From the NCBI GenBank assembly GCA_965649205.1, contig CBFGJV010000002.1, positions 68,764 to 132,763 of the forward strand: a DNA stretch of 64,000 bases, written 5' to 3'. A program made the position numbers and the translations under genes. The DNA comes from a candidate division WOR-3 bacterium. Its GTDB lineage: Bacteria; Hydrothermota; Tepidihabitantia; Tepidihabitantales; Tepidihabitantaceae. This document shows, one piece after another, positions 49,174 through 59,086 of this stretch (positions are counted from its first letter, which is position 1; the number at the start of each line of letters is the position of its first letter). Below the pieces are notes generated by a model. It saw only the letters and a program-made list of their open reading frames with translations. It ran no database searches and had not been told where the DNA came from.

Positions 49174-49602
49174 ATGAGAGAAACTCTGAAGCGCAAAGAG
49201 ATCTTGCGATACGACAAGGACTTGGCCCGCGTTATGGCCAGAGGCATCAGGGTTACCGGCCGGACGCTTTACCTGCGTTGTGCGCAGGCGCCGGAGAAGG
49301 AGAGTAGTCAGCCTTCCTTCAGTCTTTCAGTTGATAACTCCCGTTTATTCGAGGGGCGGCGGATTGCCTTTCTGCTGGCTCGAGGCATTAAGCCGGCGGT
49401 TCGGAGAAACCGGCTGAAGCGCCGGTTACGGGAGATATACCGGAGGCATCGGGACTGGTTTCCAGAAGGATATGACTACATATTGCATGCTACGCCGGCT
49501 GCAGCCAGCATGTCCTATACACAGCTGTTACAGCAGATACAGAGCTTGACTCGCAGACTGGCTGTAGTGCTGGGTGTGGGCCACTTGGAAGGAGCTCTCT
49601 GA
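49174..49602 (+). CDS. rnpA: Ribonuclease P protein component
   Basis: [16 protein letters not shown] (RNR motif); follows rpmH. Confidence 0.92.
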   Translation: MRETLKRKEILRYDKDLARVMARGIRVTGRTLYLRCAQAPEKESSQPSFSLSVDNSRLFEGRRIAFLLARGIKPAVRRNRLKRRLREIYRRHRDWFPEGYDYILHATPAAASMSYTQLLQQIQSLTRRLAVVLGVGHLEGAL

Positions 49603-49850
49603 TGTTAGTGGTGTTTGCCCGATTTCTCATCCGCACGTATCAGTACACTCTAGGAACAGTTCTGCCTGATTCCTGCCGGTTTCAGCCTACCTGTTCGCAG
49701 TATGCCCTGGAGGCGATACAGAAGCATGGTCTGCGGGGTTGCTGGCTGGCATTGCGGCGTGTTCTGCGTTGCCATCCGTGGGGAGGCTACGGCTATGACC
49801 CGGTGCCAAATGAAAGAAAGCCAGGAGCGGATACTAGAGGTGAGGCATGA
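49602..49850 (+). CDS. yidD: Membrane protein insertion efficiency factor
   Basis: [31 protein letters not shown]. Confidence 0.95.
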   Translation: MLVVFARFLIRTYQYTLGTVLPDSCRFQPTCSQYALEAIQKHGLRGCWLALRRVLRCHPWGGYGYDPVPNERKPGADTRGEA

Positions 49851-51469
49851 GTAACGATATGTGGCGCATGGCTGTCGGGTTTGTACTCATATTGGCTATA
49901 CTTTTGCTCTGGCAGGTGCTCTGGCGCCCCCGGGCAGTTTCAGTGCCGCACCCGCAGACAGGAGCAGAACAGGTTGAGAGTACGGAATTTGCAGTGGCGA
50001 AGGAATCCGCACCGGCAGAGGTTTTCCGACCGAAAAGCTTGGTACAGGTGTCAAGTGCAGTAGACCGCGAAACAACGTATGTGCTGGAGAATGAACACAT
50101 ACGGCTGGAGTTTACTAACCGCGGAGGCGCATTGAAGTCAGTCTGGCTCAAACGCTATCGGGCCGAGATGGTGCCAGAGGGCAGCGTACTCCTGGCTCCG
50201 GCTTTGTGGCGGGGAGCTGATACTATCGATTTGTCGGGTGTCATTCTGGAATCTGTGGCTGACGATTCTTCGGTATCTTTCTCGCTGGTGACAGATGACT
50301 TCAGTTTCCGGCGCCGGTTTGTCTTGGGTCGGGATTACATCCTGACCCTTAGGACCTGGCTTGCGGCTGCAGATGGTTTTGTCGTTTCTGCGGCGGATGG
50401 AATAGCAGTAACCGAGCCGAATGTGAAGGAAGACCTCTCGCATTTTCACTTCTTTGCGCGCACCGAGCGGAAAGTGCAGCGCATTGCCGCCCGCGGCTGC
50501 AAGACGCCGCAGAATGTGGCCAAGACAGACTGGGTAGGGTTGAAGTCAAAATACTTCTTTCTGGTAGTAGCAGCAGGGAAACAGGGGGAGGGAGAGGTAA
50601 AGCCCGGATTCAGCTCGGCCTGCGCTTGGGCGTTGCCTGATGGACGGATTGGTTTTGCAGCGGGGGTGGAGGGGACCGAATCGGAACTTATGCTTTATTT
50701 GGGGCCAGTGGAGTATGGCCGTCTGCGGGCTTTTGGACGCGGACTGGAGGAAGCAGTGAGTCTGGGTTGGGCCAAGCCTATCGCCCTGGGGATTTTGTAC
50801 CTTCTGCGTTTTCTCTACAGCGTGTTTCGCAACTGGGGCGTGGCTATTATCGTTTTCTCTATTTTGATGAAGGCGATTTTCTTCCCCCTGACCAGAACTC
50901 AGACCAGACAGATGCGGCAGATGCAGTTGCTACAGCCGAAGCTGAACGAGCTGAAGGCGAAGTACAAGAACGACCCCCAGACGCTGAATCAGGAGACGAT
51001 GCAGCTTTACAAACTTTACCGCATAAATCCGCTGGCGGGATGTCTGCCCATGCTGGTGCAGCTGCCGGTCTTCTGGGCGTTGTATTCGGTGTTACGGACT
51101 TTTGTGGACCTGCGGGGCGCAAGTTTCGTATGGTGGCTGAAAGATTTATCGGAGCCGGATACGTTATTTGGTCACCTGCCTTTTCTGGGGCATCCGGCCA
51201 TCGGGCTTCTGCCTATCCTGATGGGAGCTTCCTTCATTGCCCAGAATCTGCTTACTTCCACAGACAAGAAGAACTGGGCTATGACGGTGATATTTCCGTT
51301 GTTCATTACCGTGATGTTTCTGAACTTTCCCAGCGGTTTGCAACTTTACTGGTTTACTTATAATGTTTTGTCCATACTGGAGAGCGTGTTCGGCATGAAA
51401 GGAGGAATTAAATGGCTCAGCAAGAAGACCGCCTCGAGCCGACCGACCAATCCGGTCTCGCCCCTGTAG
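49847..51469 (+). CDS. yidC: Membrane protein insertase
   Basis: [44 protein letters not shown]. Confidence 0.96.
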   Translation: MSNDMWRMAVGFVLILAILLLWQVLWRPRAVSVPHPQTGAEQVESTEFAVAKESAPAEVFRPKSLVQVSSAVDRETTYVLENEHIRLEFTNRGGALKSVWLKRYRAEMVPEGSVLLAPALWRGADTIDLSGVILESVADDSSVSFSLVTDDFSFRRRFVLGRDYILTLRTWLAAADGFVVSAADGIAVTEPNVKEDLSHFHFFARTERKVQRIAARGCKTPQNVAKTDWVGLKSKYFFLVVAAGKQGEGEVKPGFSSACAWALPDGRIGFAAGVEGTESELMLYLGPVEYGRLRAFGRGLEEAVSLGWAKPIALGILYLLRFLYSVFRNWGVAIIVFSILMKAIFFPLTRTQTRQMRQMQLLQPKLNELKAKYKNDPQTLNQETMQLYKLYRINPLAGCLPMLVQLPVFWALYSVLRTFVDLRGASFVWWLKDLSEPDTLFGHLPFLGHPAIGLLPILMGASFIAQNLLTSTDKKNWAMTVIFPLFITVMFLNFPSGLQLYWFTYNVLSILESVFGMKGGIKWLSKKTASSRPTNPVSPL

Positions 51470-52062
51470 CCGAGTCAGAGGAGAACCGGAAGTCAGGAGA
51501 TCAATCTCTGGCATCGGTAGCGGCTTCAAGCGGGGCTGCCGGGGATGTCCCGGATTCCGGCCAGAGCTTGCCGACAGAAAATGATGAGCAGCCAGTCGTG
51601 CCGGCGGACGAGCCGACAATGGTGCGGATGGTGCTGGATAAGTTGTTGAGCTTGATGGGTGTGAAAGGTAAAGTGGAAGTAGAGAAACAGGCAGACGGGA
51701 GCTACTACTGCAATATACACACGCGGCATGCCTCCGGTCTGCTTATTGGCCATCGCGGCAGTACGCTGCGTGCGTTGCAGTATCTGGTGCATACCATTGT
51801 GTCTCAGCGGTTTCCAGATTTGGCCCCTGTGACGGTAGATGTGGGCGGATACCGGATAAGGCGAGAGAATTTTTTGTGTAAGAAGGCGATAGCGGTGGCC
51901 CGTATAGTGCTTGAGACTAAACGGGAGATGGCACTGGATATGCTGACCACAAAAGAGCTGGAAGCGGTGGAGCAGGTCTTGAGGTCTATTCCCGGGGTTC
52001 GAGCCTACGCGCTGGGCACTGGTCACCGGCGGAACGTAGTGATAGCGCCGAAACAGGAGTAA
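51412..52062 (+). CDS. jag: Jag/KhpB-like KH-domain protein with degenerate R3H
   Basis: LLIGHRGSTLRALQYL, VDVGGYR.RRE; lies between yidC and mnmE. Confidence 0.82.
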   Translation: MAQQEDRLEPTDQSGLAPVAESEENRKSGDQSLASVAASSGAAGDVPDSGQSLPTENDEQPVVPADEPTMVRMVLDKLLSLMGVKGKVEVEKQADGSYYCNIHTRHASGLLIGHRGSTLRALQYLVHTIVSQRFPDLAPVTVDVGGYRIRRENFLCKKAIAVARIVLETKREMALDMLTTKELEAVEQVLRSIPGVRAYALGTGHRRNVVIAPKQE

Positions 52063-52077
52063 GCAAGCATAAGAGCG

Positions 52078-53466
52078 GTGGCCGGCAAGAGCGTGGCCAG
52101 AGACAGAAAGGGAAAGGGACGGGATACTATCTGCGGGCTGGCTTCACCGCCAGGTTTGGGTAGTATCGCCGTAATCAGATTGTCCGGTCCGGATGCGTTG
52201 GCGATTGTTGAGCGTCATTTCTCTGGTCCGGCACCTTCCCGGCAACCTTCGCATACCATCCGCCTGGGATGGTTTGTGGAAAATGGAGGGAAGGCAAAGG
52301 TTGATCAGGTGATGCTGGCAGTTTTTCGCTCGCCGCGTTCTTATACGGGTGAGGATATGGTGGAGATTTCTTGTCATGGGGGGCCTTTTATCGTAGAGAA
52401 AATTCTGCGGATTTTGGAACAGGCAGGTTGTCGGCGGGCAGAGCCGGGAGAGTTTTCTCGTCGTGCGGTTCTGGCTGGTAAATTTACCCTGTCGCAGGCG
52501 GAGGCAGTGCTGGAGCTGGTGCAGGCCCGCAGTCCGGCTGCTCTGCAGGCGGCGCTCGCCCGGTACGATGGTGGTTTGTCCCGGCTGGTCGGACAGTTGC
52601 TGGAAGATTTGCGGAGTCTGTGTGCGTTGGCGGAGTACCATTTGTCCTGCGATGAGTCAGACAGCGCATCTCCAGCCGCGCTGAACACTGGGGTGCGGAG
52701 TTTGCTGCATCGGTTGGACCGCATTATCCGCGAGGGAGAGCGGGGCAGGCTGGTAACAGAGGGAGCCAGAGTAGTTATCGTGGGCCGGCCTAATGTGGGC
52801 AAGTCCAGTTTATTTAATCAGTTGCTGGGAGCGGAGCGAGCGCTGGTTACTCCGCTACCCGGTACTACTCGTGACCGGCTGGAAGCCAGTGTTGTGTTTG
52901 GAGATGTGCCGGTACTTCTGTGCGATACGGCTGGTCTGGCGAGCGCTGGCCGCCAATCGGGCCAAATTGCCGTTTTGAGCCGCAGGCAGACTTTGGCGGT
53001 TTTGGAGCAGGCGGATTTGGTACTGGCGGTCTTTGACGGGTCTGAACCGTTGCGTGCTGCGGACCGACAGGTGCTGGCCGCAGTTTCCAACCGGCCGGTC
53101 TGGTATATCACAAATAAGCGAGATATACCGGGTTGGCGCGTGCCGGAAGAACTGGAATCAAAAAGAAAGCGCAAACAAGTTTGTCTAGGTATATCGGCTC
53201 TTACCGGGGACAATGTTGGCCGGCTCCGGCGGTTGCTGGAACGCAGATTCCGGTTTTCTGGCTCACCGGCGTTGGCCGCAGGGCGTCATCTGGAATTGTT
53301 TCGACAGGCGCGGGCTGCGTTGGCGCGGAGTCTGGAGGCGGCTGCGGCGGATGCGGCGGCGGCCGAGTTGAGGACGGCGTTAACCTTTCTGGAGGAAATT
53401 GACGGGAAAGGGACCGCCGGGGATGTGCTCGACCGGGTGTTCGCCCGTTTCTGCGTGGGGAAATGA
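52078..53466 (+). CDS. mnmE: tRNA modification GTPase
   Basis: IRLSG, PRSYTGED.VEISCHG, GRPNVGKSS, PGTTRD, DTAG, NKRD, FCVGK. Confidence 0.95.
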   Translation: MAGKSVARDRKGKGRDTICGLASPPGLGSIAVIRLSGPDALAIVERHFSGPAPSRQPSHTIRLGWFVENGGKAKVDQVMLAVFRSPRSYTGEDMVEISCHGGPFIVEKILRILEQAGCRRAEPGEFSRRAVLAGKFTLSQAEAVLELVQARSPAALQAALARYDGGLSRLVGQLLEDLRSLCALAEYHLSCDESDSASPAALNTGVRSLLHRLDRIIREGERGRLVTEGARVVIVGRPNVGKSSLFNQLLGAERALVTPLPGTTRDRLEASVVFGDVPVLLCDTAGLASAGRQSGQIAVLSRRQTLAVLEQADLVLAVFDGSEPLRAADRQVLAAVSNRPVWYITNKRDIPGWRVPEELESKRKRKQVCLGISALTGDNVGRLRRLLERRFRFSGSPALAAGRHLELFRQARAALARSLEAAAADAAAAELRTALTFLEEIDGKGTAGDVLDRVFARFCVGK

Positions 53467-53942
53467 ACGGCGGTCTGGAACGGTTGATGCTGTATGTGGA
53501 AGAGCCGGCAGAAAAAGCCATACAGCTGTCCCTGAGACTGGCCAAGGCACTGGATGCCAGACTTTTTGCCGTATATATCATAGATACCAGCCTGTTGCCA
53601 ACTGGTGCTCGGCGCCACCAACGGTTGTCGGAACTGGAGGATAGAGCCTGGCAGATGCTTTATGAGATTGAAAACGATGCCTCGGAACAAGATGTGAGAA
53701 TTTCCTTGCTGCTGGACCAGGGACCGCCCAAGGAAGTCCTGTTTCAACTTGTTCTAAGTTATGAAGTTGACCTGCTTGTCGTCTCGGCTTCCACCCGTCT
53801 CAATGTGATGGAGCTTATCAACCGGTGTCCGGCGCCGGTTGCTTTCGCCGGCGGGCGAAGAGAAAGCGACGGAGCGGATACGGGGTTACAGGGTTACGAG
53901 GAAAAGCCAAAAAGGAAAAAAATGAGAGAGAGGAAAGGATGA
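53463..53942 (+). CDS. Universal stress protein family
   Basis: A..L.ARLFAVYIID, G.P...L......VDLLVV, CPAPV. Confidence 0.8.
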   Translation: MNGGLERLMLYVEEPAEKAIQLSLRLAKALDARLFAVYIIDTSLLPTGARRHQRLSELEDRAWQMLYEIENDASEQDVRISLLLDQGPPKEVLFQLVLSYEVDLLVVSASTRLNVMELINRCPAPVAFAGGRRESDGADTGLQGYEEKPKRKKMRERKG

Positions 53943-54397
53943 TAAAGATTAGCGAGTTGCTGAAGCCTGAGTTCATTATTCTGGACTTGCGAGGGGAGGA
54001 AAAGGAGGAGGTTATTCGCGAGCTGGCCCGACCCCTGATAGAACGGGGGTTGATTGAAGATGAGGAGGCGTTTTTCCAGGCGATTTTGCGTCGGGAGAAT
54101 CTAGAGAGTACAGGCATTGGCGCCGGGGTGGCTCTGCCGCATGCCCGCACTCGCGCGGTGAAAGAGACAGCTCTGGCGCTGGGTCGTTCGCAACGGGGGG
54201 TGGATTTCAACAGTCTGGACGGAAAGCCTTGTCACATCGTTTTTCTCATCGCTGCGCCGGAAGACAGAAAAACAGAATACATCATGACACTGGCCCGGGT
54301 TTCGAAGCTGTTGCGTAAGGACGAGGTGCGGATTGCCCTGAATAAGGCAGACAGCGCAGAAGAAATAGTTGCCGCTCTGGCTTTGTACGAGTCGTGA
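53939..54397 (+). CDS. PTS EIIA (fructose/mannitol/nitrogen type)
   Basis: RRE..STGIG.GVALPHAR, GVDF.SLDG.P; start ATG 53939. Confidence 0.92.
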   Translation: MIKISELLKPEFIILDLRGEEKEEVIRELARPLIERGLIEDEEAFFQAILRRENLESTGIGAGVALPHARTRAVKETALALGRSQRGVDFNSLDGKPCHIVFLIAAPEDRKTEYIMTLARVSKLLRKDEVRIALNKADSAEEIVAALALYES

Positions 54398-56106
54398 GCT
54401 ACGCTTTCTGGCGGGCGAAAAACCGGTTGCTGACACTTTTGTCAGAACACGGGATTGTTCTTCGACCGGAGGAAGTACGGACAGGAGACCAGGGGGTAGA
54501 TGCGGACTTGGCCGTGCCGCTGTTTCGAATCGCCAAGGAAAAAAACGAGAACCCGGTGCAACTGGCGGAATCGCTGGCCGGGTTGGAGCTAGCGGGCACA
54601 GGCTTTACGAAGCTGGAGCCACTTCGGGGCTACTTGAATTTCACTCTGGACCGGCCTGCTTTCGCCCGGGAGGTACTGGAAGATCTGCGGCTGCGAGGCA
54701 AACGTTACGGAAGTACGGAAGAAGGAAGCGGCAGAACGGTGGTAGTCGACTACTCTTCGCCGAATGTGGCAAAGCCCTTTTCAGTGGGGCATTTGCGTTC
54801 CACGGTTATCGGTCAAGCGCTTTGCAATATCCTGTCCTGGGTAGGCTACCGGGTTATCGGGGACAATCATCTGGGTGATTGGGGCACTCAGTTCGGGAAG
54901 TTGCTGTGCGCCTTTTCTCTGTGGGGAAGCGAGGAACGATTGCAGGACGCGCCTACTGCTCATCTGTTGGAGTTGTATGTACGTTTTCACGAGGAGGCGG
55001 AGAAAGAGCCAGAGCTGGAAGAAAAGGCACGGGAGTGGTTCTGCCGTCTGGAACAGGGAGAGACAAGCGCGCGGACTCTCTGGCGTCGTTTTGTGGATTT
55101 GAGCCGGGCGGAGTTTGAGCGCATTTATGCACGGCTGGGGGTAAGTTTCGACTATACTCTGGGAGAGAGTTTTTATGAAGGACGTCTGGACGGAGTGGTG
55201 GAGCGGGCTGTACAGAAGGGCGTGGCCAGCAGGGATGCGGAAGGGGTGGTACTGATACCGCTGGAAGATTATGGCATCAAGACGCCGCTTCTGCTGCGCA
55301 AGTCGGATGGCACCAGTTTGTACGCCACGCGCGATATAGCCTGTTATGAGTATCGATTGGAGACTTGGCAGCCGGAGAAGATTCTGTATGTGGTGGGCGC
55401 AGAACAGGAGTTGTATTTCCAACAGTTGAATGCCGCATTACGGCGGCTGGGATACACCGTTCCGTGTGTGCATGTGAGTTTTGGGCTGATTCGTTTGCCC
55501 GAAGGCAGGATGTCTACGCGTAAGGGCCGGGTGGTGCTTTTAGACGAGGTGCTGGATGAGGCGGTGAGGCGGGCGAAGCTCGTGTTGACTGCTCGGGAGA
55601 TGAGCGAAGAAGAGAAGAATCGGGTGGCAGAGCTGGTGGGTATTGCTGCTGTCAAATACGCCGACCTGTCCCAGAGTCGGACTAAGGAAGTGGTGTTCGA
55701 CTGGGACAGAATGTTGTCTTTGGACGGTGATTCAGCTCCCTATCTTTTGTACGCACATACCAGGTGTCAGTCCATTCTGCGCAAGGCCGGTCAGAACGGA
55801 GAGAGATTTGCCGAAACTGATGCAGAGGGATGGAATCCGGGACCCGAGGAGTTTGCGGTGGTGAGGGGACTTGCCAAGTTTCCGGAGGCGGTGCGACAAG
55901 CGGCTACGACTTATGAACCGCATCGGATAGCGAATCAATTATTCCGTCTGGCGCAGGATTTTTCCGTTTTCTACAGCAAGGTGCCGGTGTTGAAGGCGGA
56001 AACGGAGCAACTGCAGCGGGTGCGTTTGGCTCTGGTATGGGCGACAGCTATGGTACTCAAGACAGGACTAGGCCTTTTGGGCATAGGAGTACCCGAGCGG
56101 ATGTGA
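54394..56106 (+). CDS. argS: Arginine--tRNA ligase
   Basis: VDYSSPNVAKPFSVGHLRST, DWGTQFG, KSDGTSLYATRD, MSTRKG, PYLLYAH.R, PERM. Confidence 0.96.
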   Translation: MSYAFWRAKNRLLTLLSEHGIVLRPEEVRTGDQGVDADLAVPLFRIAKEKNENPVQLAESLAGLELAGTGFTKLEPLRGYLNFTLDRPAFAREVLEDLRLRGKRYGSTEEGSGRTVVVDYSSPNVAKPFSVGHLRSTVIGQALCNILSWVGYRVIGDNHLGDWGTQFGKLLCAFSLWGSEERLQDAPTAHLLELYVRFHEEAEKEPELEEKAREWFCRLEQGETSARTLWRRFVDLSRAEFERIYARLGVSFDYTLGESFYEGRLDGVVERAVQKGVASRDAEGVVLIPLEDYGIKTPLLLRKSDGTSLYATRDIACYEYRLETWQPEKILYVVGAEQELYFQQLNAALRRLGYTVPCVHVSFGLIRLPEGRMSTRKGRVVLLDEVLDEAVRRAKLVLTAREMSEEEKNRVAELVGIAAVKYADLSQSRTKEVVFDWDRMLSLDGDSAPYLLYAHTRCQSILRKAGQNGERFAETDAEGWNPGPEEFAVVRGLAKFPEAVRQAATTYEPHRIANQLFRLAQDFSVFYSKVPVLKAETEQLQRVRLALVWATAMVLKTGLGLLGIGVPERM

Positions 56107-56119
56107 GGAACTGGTTGCG

Positions 56120-56160
56120 GAGTCACAAAGTTACAGAGTTACAGGGGTTACAGGGCTAAA
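56120..56160 (+). repeat. Degenerate ~8-bp tandem repeat (RRGTTACA)
   Basis: gagtcaca aagttaca gagttaca ggggttaca gggctaaa. Confidence 0.65.
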
Positions 56161-56233
56161 TGGTTGCAGGTGAAGAGGAGAGGGCGAATCCGGACGACAA
56201 CGGATATTGTCCAAGAGGAATAAGGCAAAAGCT

Positions 56234-57445
56234 ATGCGCAAGATAAACTTCGACCATGCCGCGGCCAGTCCGGTAATGCCGGAAGTGGTAGAGGCTATGC
56301 TTCCCTTTCTCACCGAACATTACGGTAACGCCCAGAGCATCCATTCGCTGGGGCAGATACCGCGACAGGCTCTGGAGAGAGCGCGAGAGCAGGTGGCAGG
56401 TCTGGTGGGTGCTTCGCCGGCAGAAATCATTTTCACCGCTACCGCTTCCGAGAGTAACAATCTGGCCTTGAAGGGGCTGGCCGCAGCCAAAGGTCGGGGT
56501 CATATTGTAGTTTCTGCCATTGAGCACCAGTCAATTCTGGGGCCGGCACGTTCTCTGGCCCAGGCCGGCTATGAGCTCACAGAAGTTTCGGTGGACCGCT
56601 ACGGTCTGGTAAGTCCGGAAAGACTCACCGAGGTTTTGCGGCCTGACACAGTTCTGGTTTCTATCCAGCATGCTAATAATGAAATAGGCACGGTGCAGGC
56701 GTTGGCGGAACTGGCGGGGATATGTCGCAGGTGGGGAGTGCTTTTCCACGCTGACGGCACAGCCGCGGTGGGGCGCATTCCGGTGGATGTGCAGGCACTA
56801 GGCGTTGACAGTTACGCCTTTTCCGCCCAGTCGTTCTATGGACCGAAAGGCGCCGCGGCTCTGTATGTGCGCACAGGTGTGAAGCTGAAGCCGCTGATTG
56901 AGGGAGGCATGCAGGAGCGCGGCCGCCGGGCCGGCACAGAGAACATCCCGGCGATTGTAGGTATGGGAAAGGCGGCGGAGCTGGCGAAACAGAATCTGCC
57001 GACCTGGGCGGAAAAGATGAAAACACTTGCTAACCATTTGCAGACAGAGTTATCCCAGAAGGTGGAACACATCGTCTTCACCGGACACCCGGAGAACAGA
57101 CTTTCCGGGCATGTGAGTTTCTGCGTGGAATACGTAGAAGGAGAGGCGCTGCTGCTGTTGCTGGACGATGCGGGTATTGCGGCCGCATCTGGCTCAGCCT
57201 GCACCGCCCGAAATCTGAAAGCTTCCCATGTGCTTTTGGCTCTGGGTTTATCTCATGCTGTGGCCCAGTCTTCGCTGGCTCTGACGTTGGGCAAGGATAC
57301 GACAGAAGAGGATGTTGCCCGTTTTCTGACAGTTTTGCCCGGGATAGTGGACAGATTACGGACAATGTCGCCGCTTTATGCCCGTTTTCTGCGGGGGGAG
57401 AATCCTTATGCGTCTGGAGGAGATCCGGACGAGGAAGGAGTGTAG
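56234..57445 (+). CDS. iscS: IscS/NifS family protein lacking the canonical PLP-binding lysine
   Basis: ASESNN, SAIEH, HANNEIGT, RAGTEN, SGSACT and SHVL present; SAHK is SAQS. Confidence 0.88.
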   Translation: MRKINFDHAAASPVMPEVVEAMLPFLTEHYGNAQSIHSLGQIPRQALERAREQVAGLVGASPAEIIFTATASESNNLALKGLAAAKGRGHIVVSAIEHQSILGPARSLAQAGYELTEVSVDRYGLVSPERLTEVLRPDTVLVSIQHANNEIGTVQALAELAGICRRWGVLFHADGTAAVGRIPVDVQALGVDSYAFSAQSFYGPKGAAALYVRTGVKLKPLIEGGMQERGRRAGTENIPAIVGMGKAAELAKQNLPTWAEKMKTLANHLQTELSQKVEHIVFTGHPENRLSGHVSFCVEYVEGEALLLLLDDAGIAAASGSACTARNLKASHVLLALGLSHAVAQSSLALTLGKDTTEEDVARFLTVLPGIVDRLRTMSPLYARFLRGENPYASGGDPDEEGV

Positions 57446-57841
57446 ATGTATTCAGAGAAGGTGATGGAACATTTCCGCAATCCCCGCAATGTGGGGGAGA
57501 TTGAGAATGCCGACGGCGTAGGTGAGGTGGGGAATCCGGTGTGCGGGGATATGATGACCTTTTATATCAAGGTGAAGGACAACGTGCTAGTGGATGTGAA
57601 GTTCAAAACCTTCGGCTGCGGCGCGGCCATCGCCGTGTCTTCCATGGTTTCGGAAATGGCAAAAGGGAAAACAATAGAAGAGGCATTACAGATAACTAAC
57701 GCTGATGTGGCCAGAGAGCTGGGTGGACTGCCGCCCAATAAGTTGCACTGTTCTAATCTGGGCGCAGATGCTCTCCACGCGGCAATAAGGGATTATCTGA
57801 AGAAGAAGGAAGAGGAAGATAAAAAAGAAACGAAGGGGTGA
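57446..57841 (+). CDS. iscU: Fe-S cluster scaffold IscU/NifU-N
   Basis: YSEKV.EHF.NPRN.G, GNPVCGD, FKTFGCG, LPPNKLHCS. Confidence 0.95.
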   Translation: MYSEKVMEHFRNPRNVGEIENADGVGEVGNPVCGDMMTFYIKVKDNVLVDVKFKTFGCGAAIAVSSMVSEMAKGKTIEEALQITNADVARELGGLPPNKLHCSNLGADALHAAIRDYLKKKEEEDKKETKG

Positions 57842-57862
57842 GAAAAAGAAAGAGAGGAAGCT

Positions 57863-58144
57863 ATGAGTATCGTGAGTGTGCCGGGTAAGAATAACAAGCA
57901 CAAGATTATGCTCTATGCGCTGTCCACGTGCGTCTGGTGCAGGAAAATGAAGGAGCTGCTCGATGCCCAAGAGGTGGCTTACGATTATGTGTACGTGGAT
58001 CAGTGTCAAGGCGAGGAGCGCACGGCGATGACCAGCAGGGTGAGAGAGTTGAATCCGCGGGGTTCCTATCCTACCTTGCAGATAGATGATGAAGTCGTGG
58101 TCGGGTTCGACGAGGACCGCGTATTGGAGTTGCTGCAGAAATGA
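57863..58144 (+). CDS. Glutaredoxin/NrdH-like protein
   Basis: YALSTCVWC, NPRGSYPT, VGFDE. Confidence 0.9.
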   Translation: MSIVSVPGKNNKHKIMLYALSTCVWCRKMKELLDAQEVAYDYVYVDQCQGEERTAMTSRVRELNPRGSYPTLQIDDEVVVGFDEDRVLELLQK

Positions 58145-58662
58145 AAACCGAATATCCGCCGGAAGTTCTTCAGCTCTATGAACGACTGGACAGGGAGGCG
58201 AAGGAAGGCGGATACATTCTGAATCCGGAACGGGATTTTGTTCTGGCTTTAGTAGAGTCGCTCGCGGTAAATACAAAACGGTACGGGTATCCGACCTGCC
58301 CCTGTCGTCTGGCTTTTGGGGAAAAGTCCAAGGACCTGGATATTATCTGTCCCTGCGATTACCGCGACGCAGACCTGGAAGAATACGGTGCCTGCTATTG
58401 TGCGCTTTATGTGACCGAGGACTGGATTGCCGGCAAGAAGCCGCACAAATCCATCCCGGAGCGCAGGCCGGCAGAGTTTATGGTTTCGGGCTATTCTGCC
58501 AAGCCTAAGAACGAAACACCGGTGGACTCGGGTCTTCCCCGGTCGCTTTCCTATCCGGTGTGGCGATGCAAGGTGTGCGGATATCTTTGTGCCCGGAATG
58601 AACCCCCGGGTGTTTGTCCGGTGTGCAAGGCGAAGAAGGAAAGGTTTGAAAGATTTTTGTAA
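58141..58662 (+). CDS. Ferredoxin:thioredoxin reductase catalytic domain fused to rubredoxin-like domain
   Basis: YG...CPCR, CPC.Y, G.CYC.LY, then WRCKVCGY...P..CPVC. Confidence 0.92.
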   Translation: MKTEYPPEVLQLYERLDREAKEGGYILNPERDFVLALVESLAVNTKRYGYPTCPCRLAFGEKSKDLDIICPCDYRDADLEEYGACYCALYVTEDWIAGKKPHKSIPERRPAEFMVSGYSAKPKNETPVDSGLPRSLSYPVWRCKVCGYLCARNEPPGVCPVCKAKKERFERFL

Positions 58663-58700
58663 AGAAGGAATAACCGGGAAGAAATAAGCAGGAGGGAAGA

Positions 58701-59003
58701 ATGAATGGAAGTCTTATTGTAGAGTTCTCGGTTGTGCCGGTAGGTACCGGTTCTACGAGCGTGAGTCATTTTGTGCGCCGAGCGCACGAAGTCATAAAAA
58801 AGAGCGGTCTGGAATGGGAGTTGAATCCCATGGGTACCTGCCTGCAGGGAGACTGGGACATAGTCTTCCGGACCATCAAGGAAGTGCACGAAGCGCTGGC
58901 CGAGATGGGGTGCGCCCGGCTGGTCACGACGATAAAGGTGGATGACCGCCGGGATAAGCCCAGGAAGATGCAGGACAAGGTGGAACGCGTGCTGGCGCCG
59001 TGA
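58701..59003 (+). CDS. MTH1187/YkoF-like thiamine-binding protein
   Basis: EFSVVPVG...SVS.FV, SGL...L.PMGT, R....IKVDDR.DK. Confidence 0.9.
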   Translation: MNGSLIVEFSVVPVGTGSTSVSHFVRRAHEVIKKSGLEWELNPMGTCLQGDWDIVFRTIKEVHEALAEMGCARLVTTIKVDDRRDKPRKMQDKVERVLAP

Positions 59004-59086
59004 GGAAAGAACAAAGGACCGGAAGAAAGTAACCAGAGAAGACAAGCGGCGGTTTGAGCTTTGTGCTGGTTGCAGTAAACTAGTTC

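Noticed and set aside
57863..58662. Selenocysteine recoding in the redox genes
   Set aside because: All active-site positions are Cys codons and there is no in-frame TGA.
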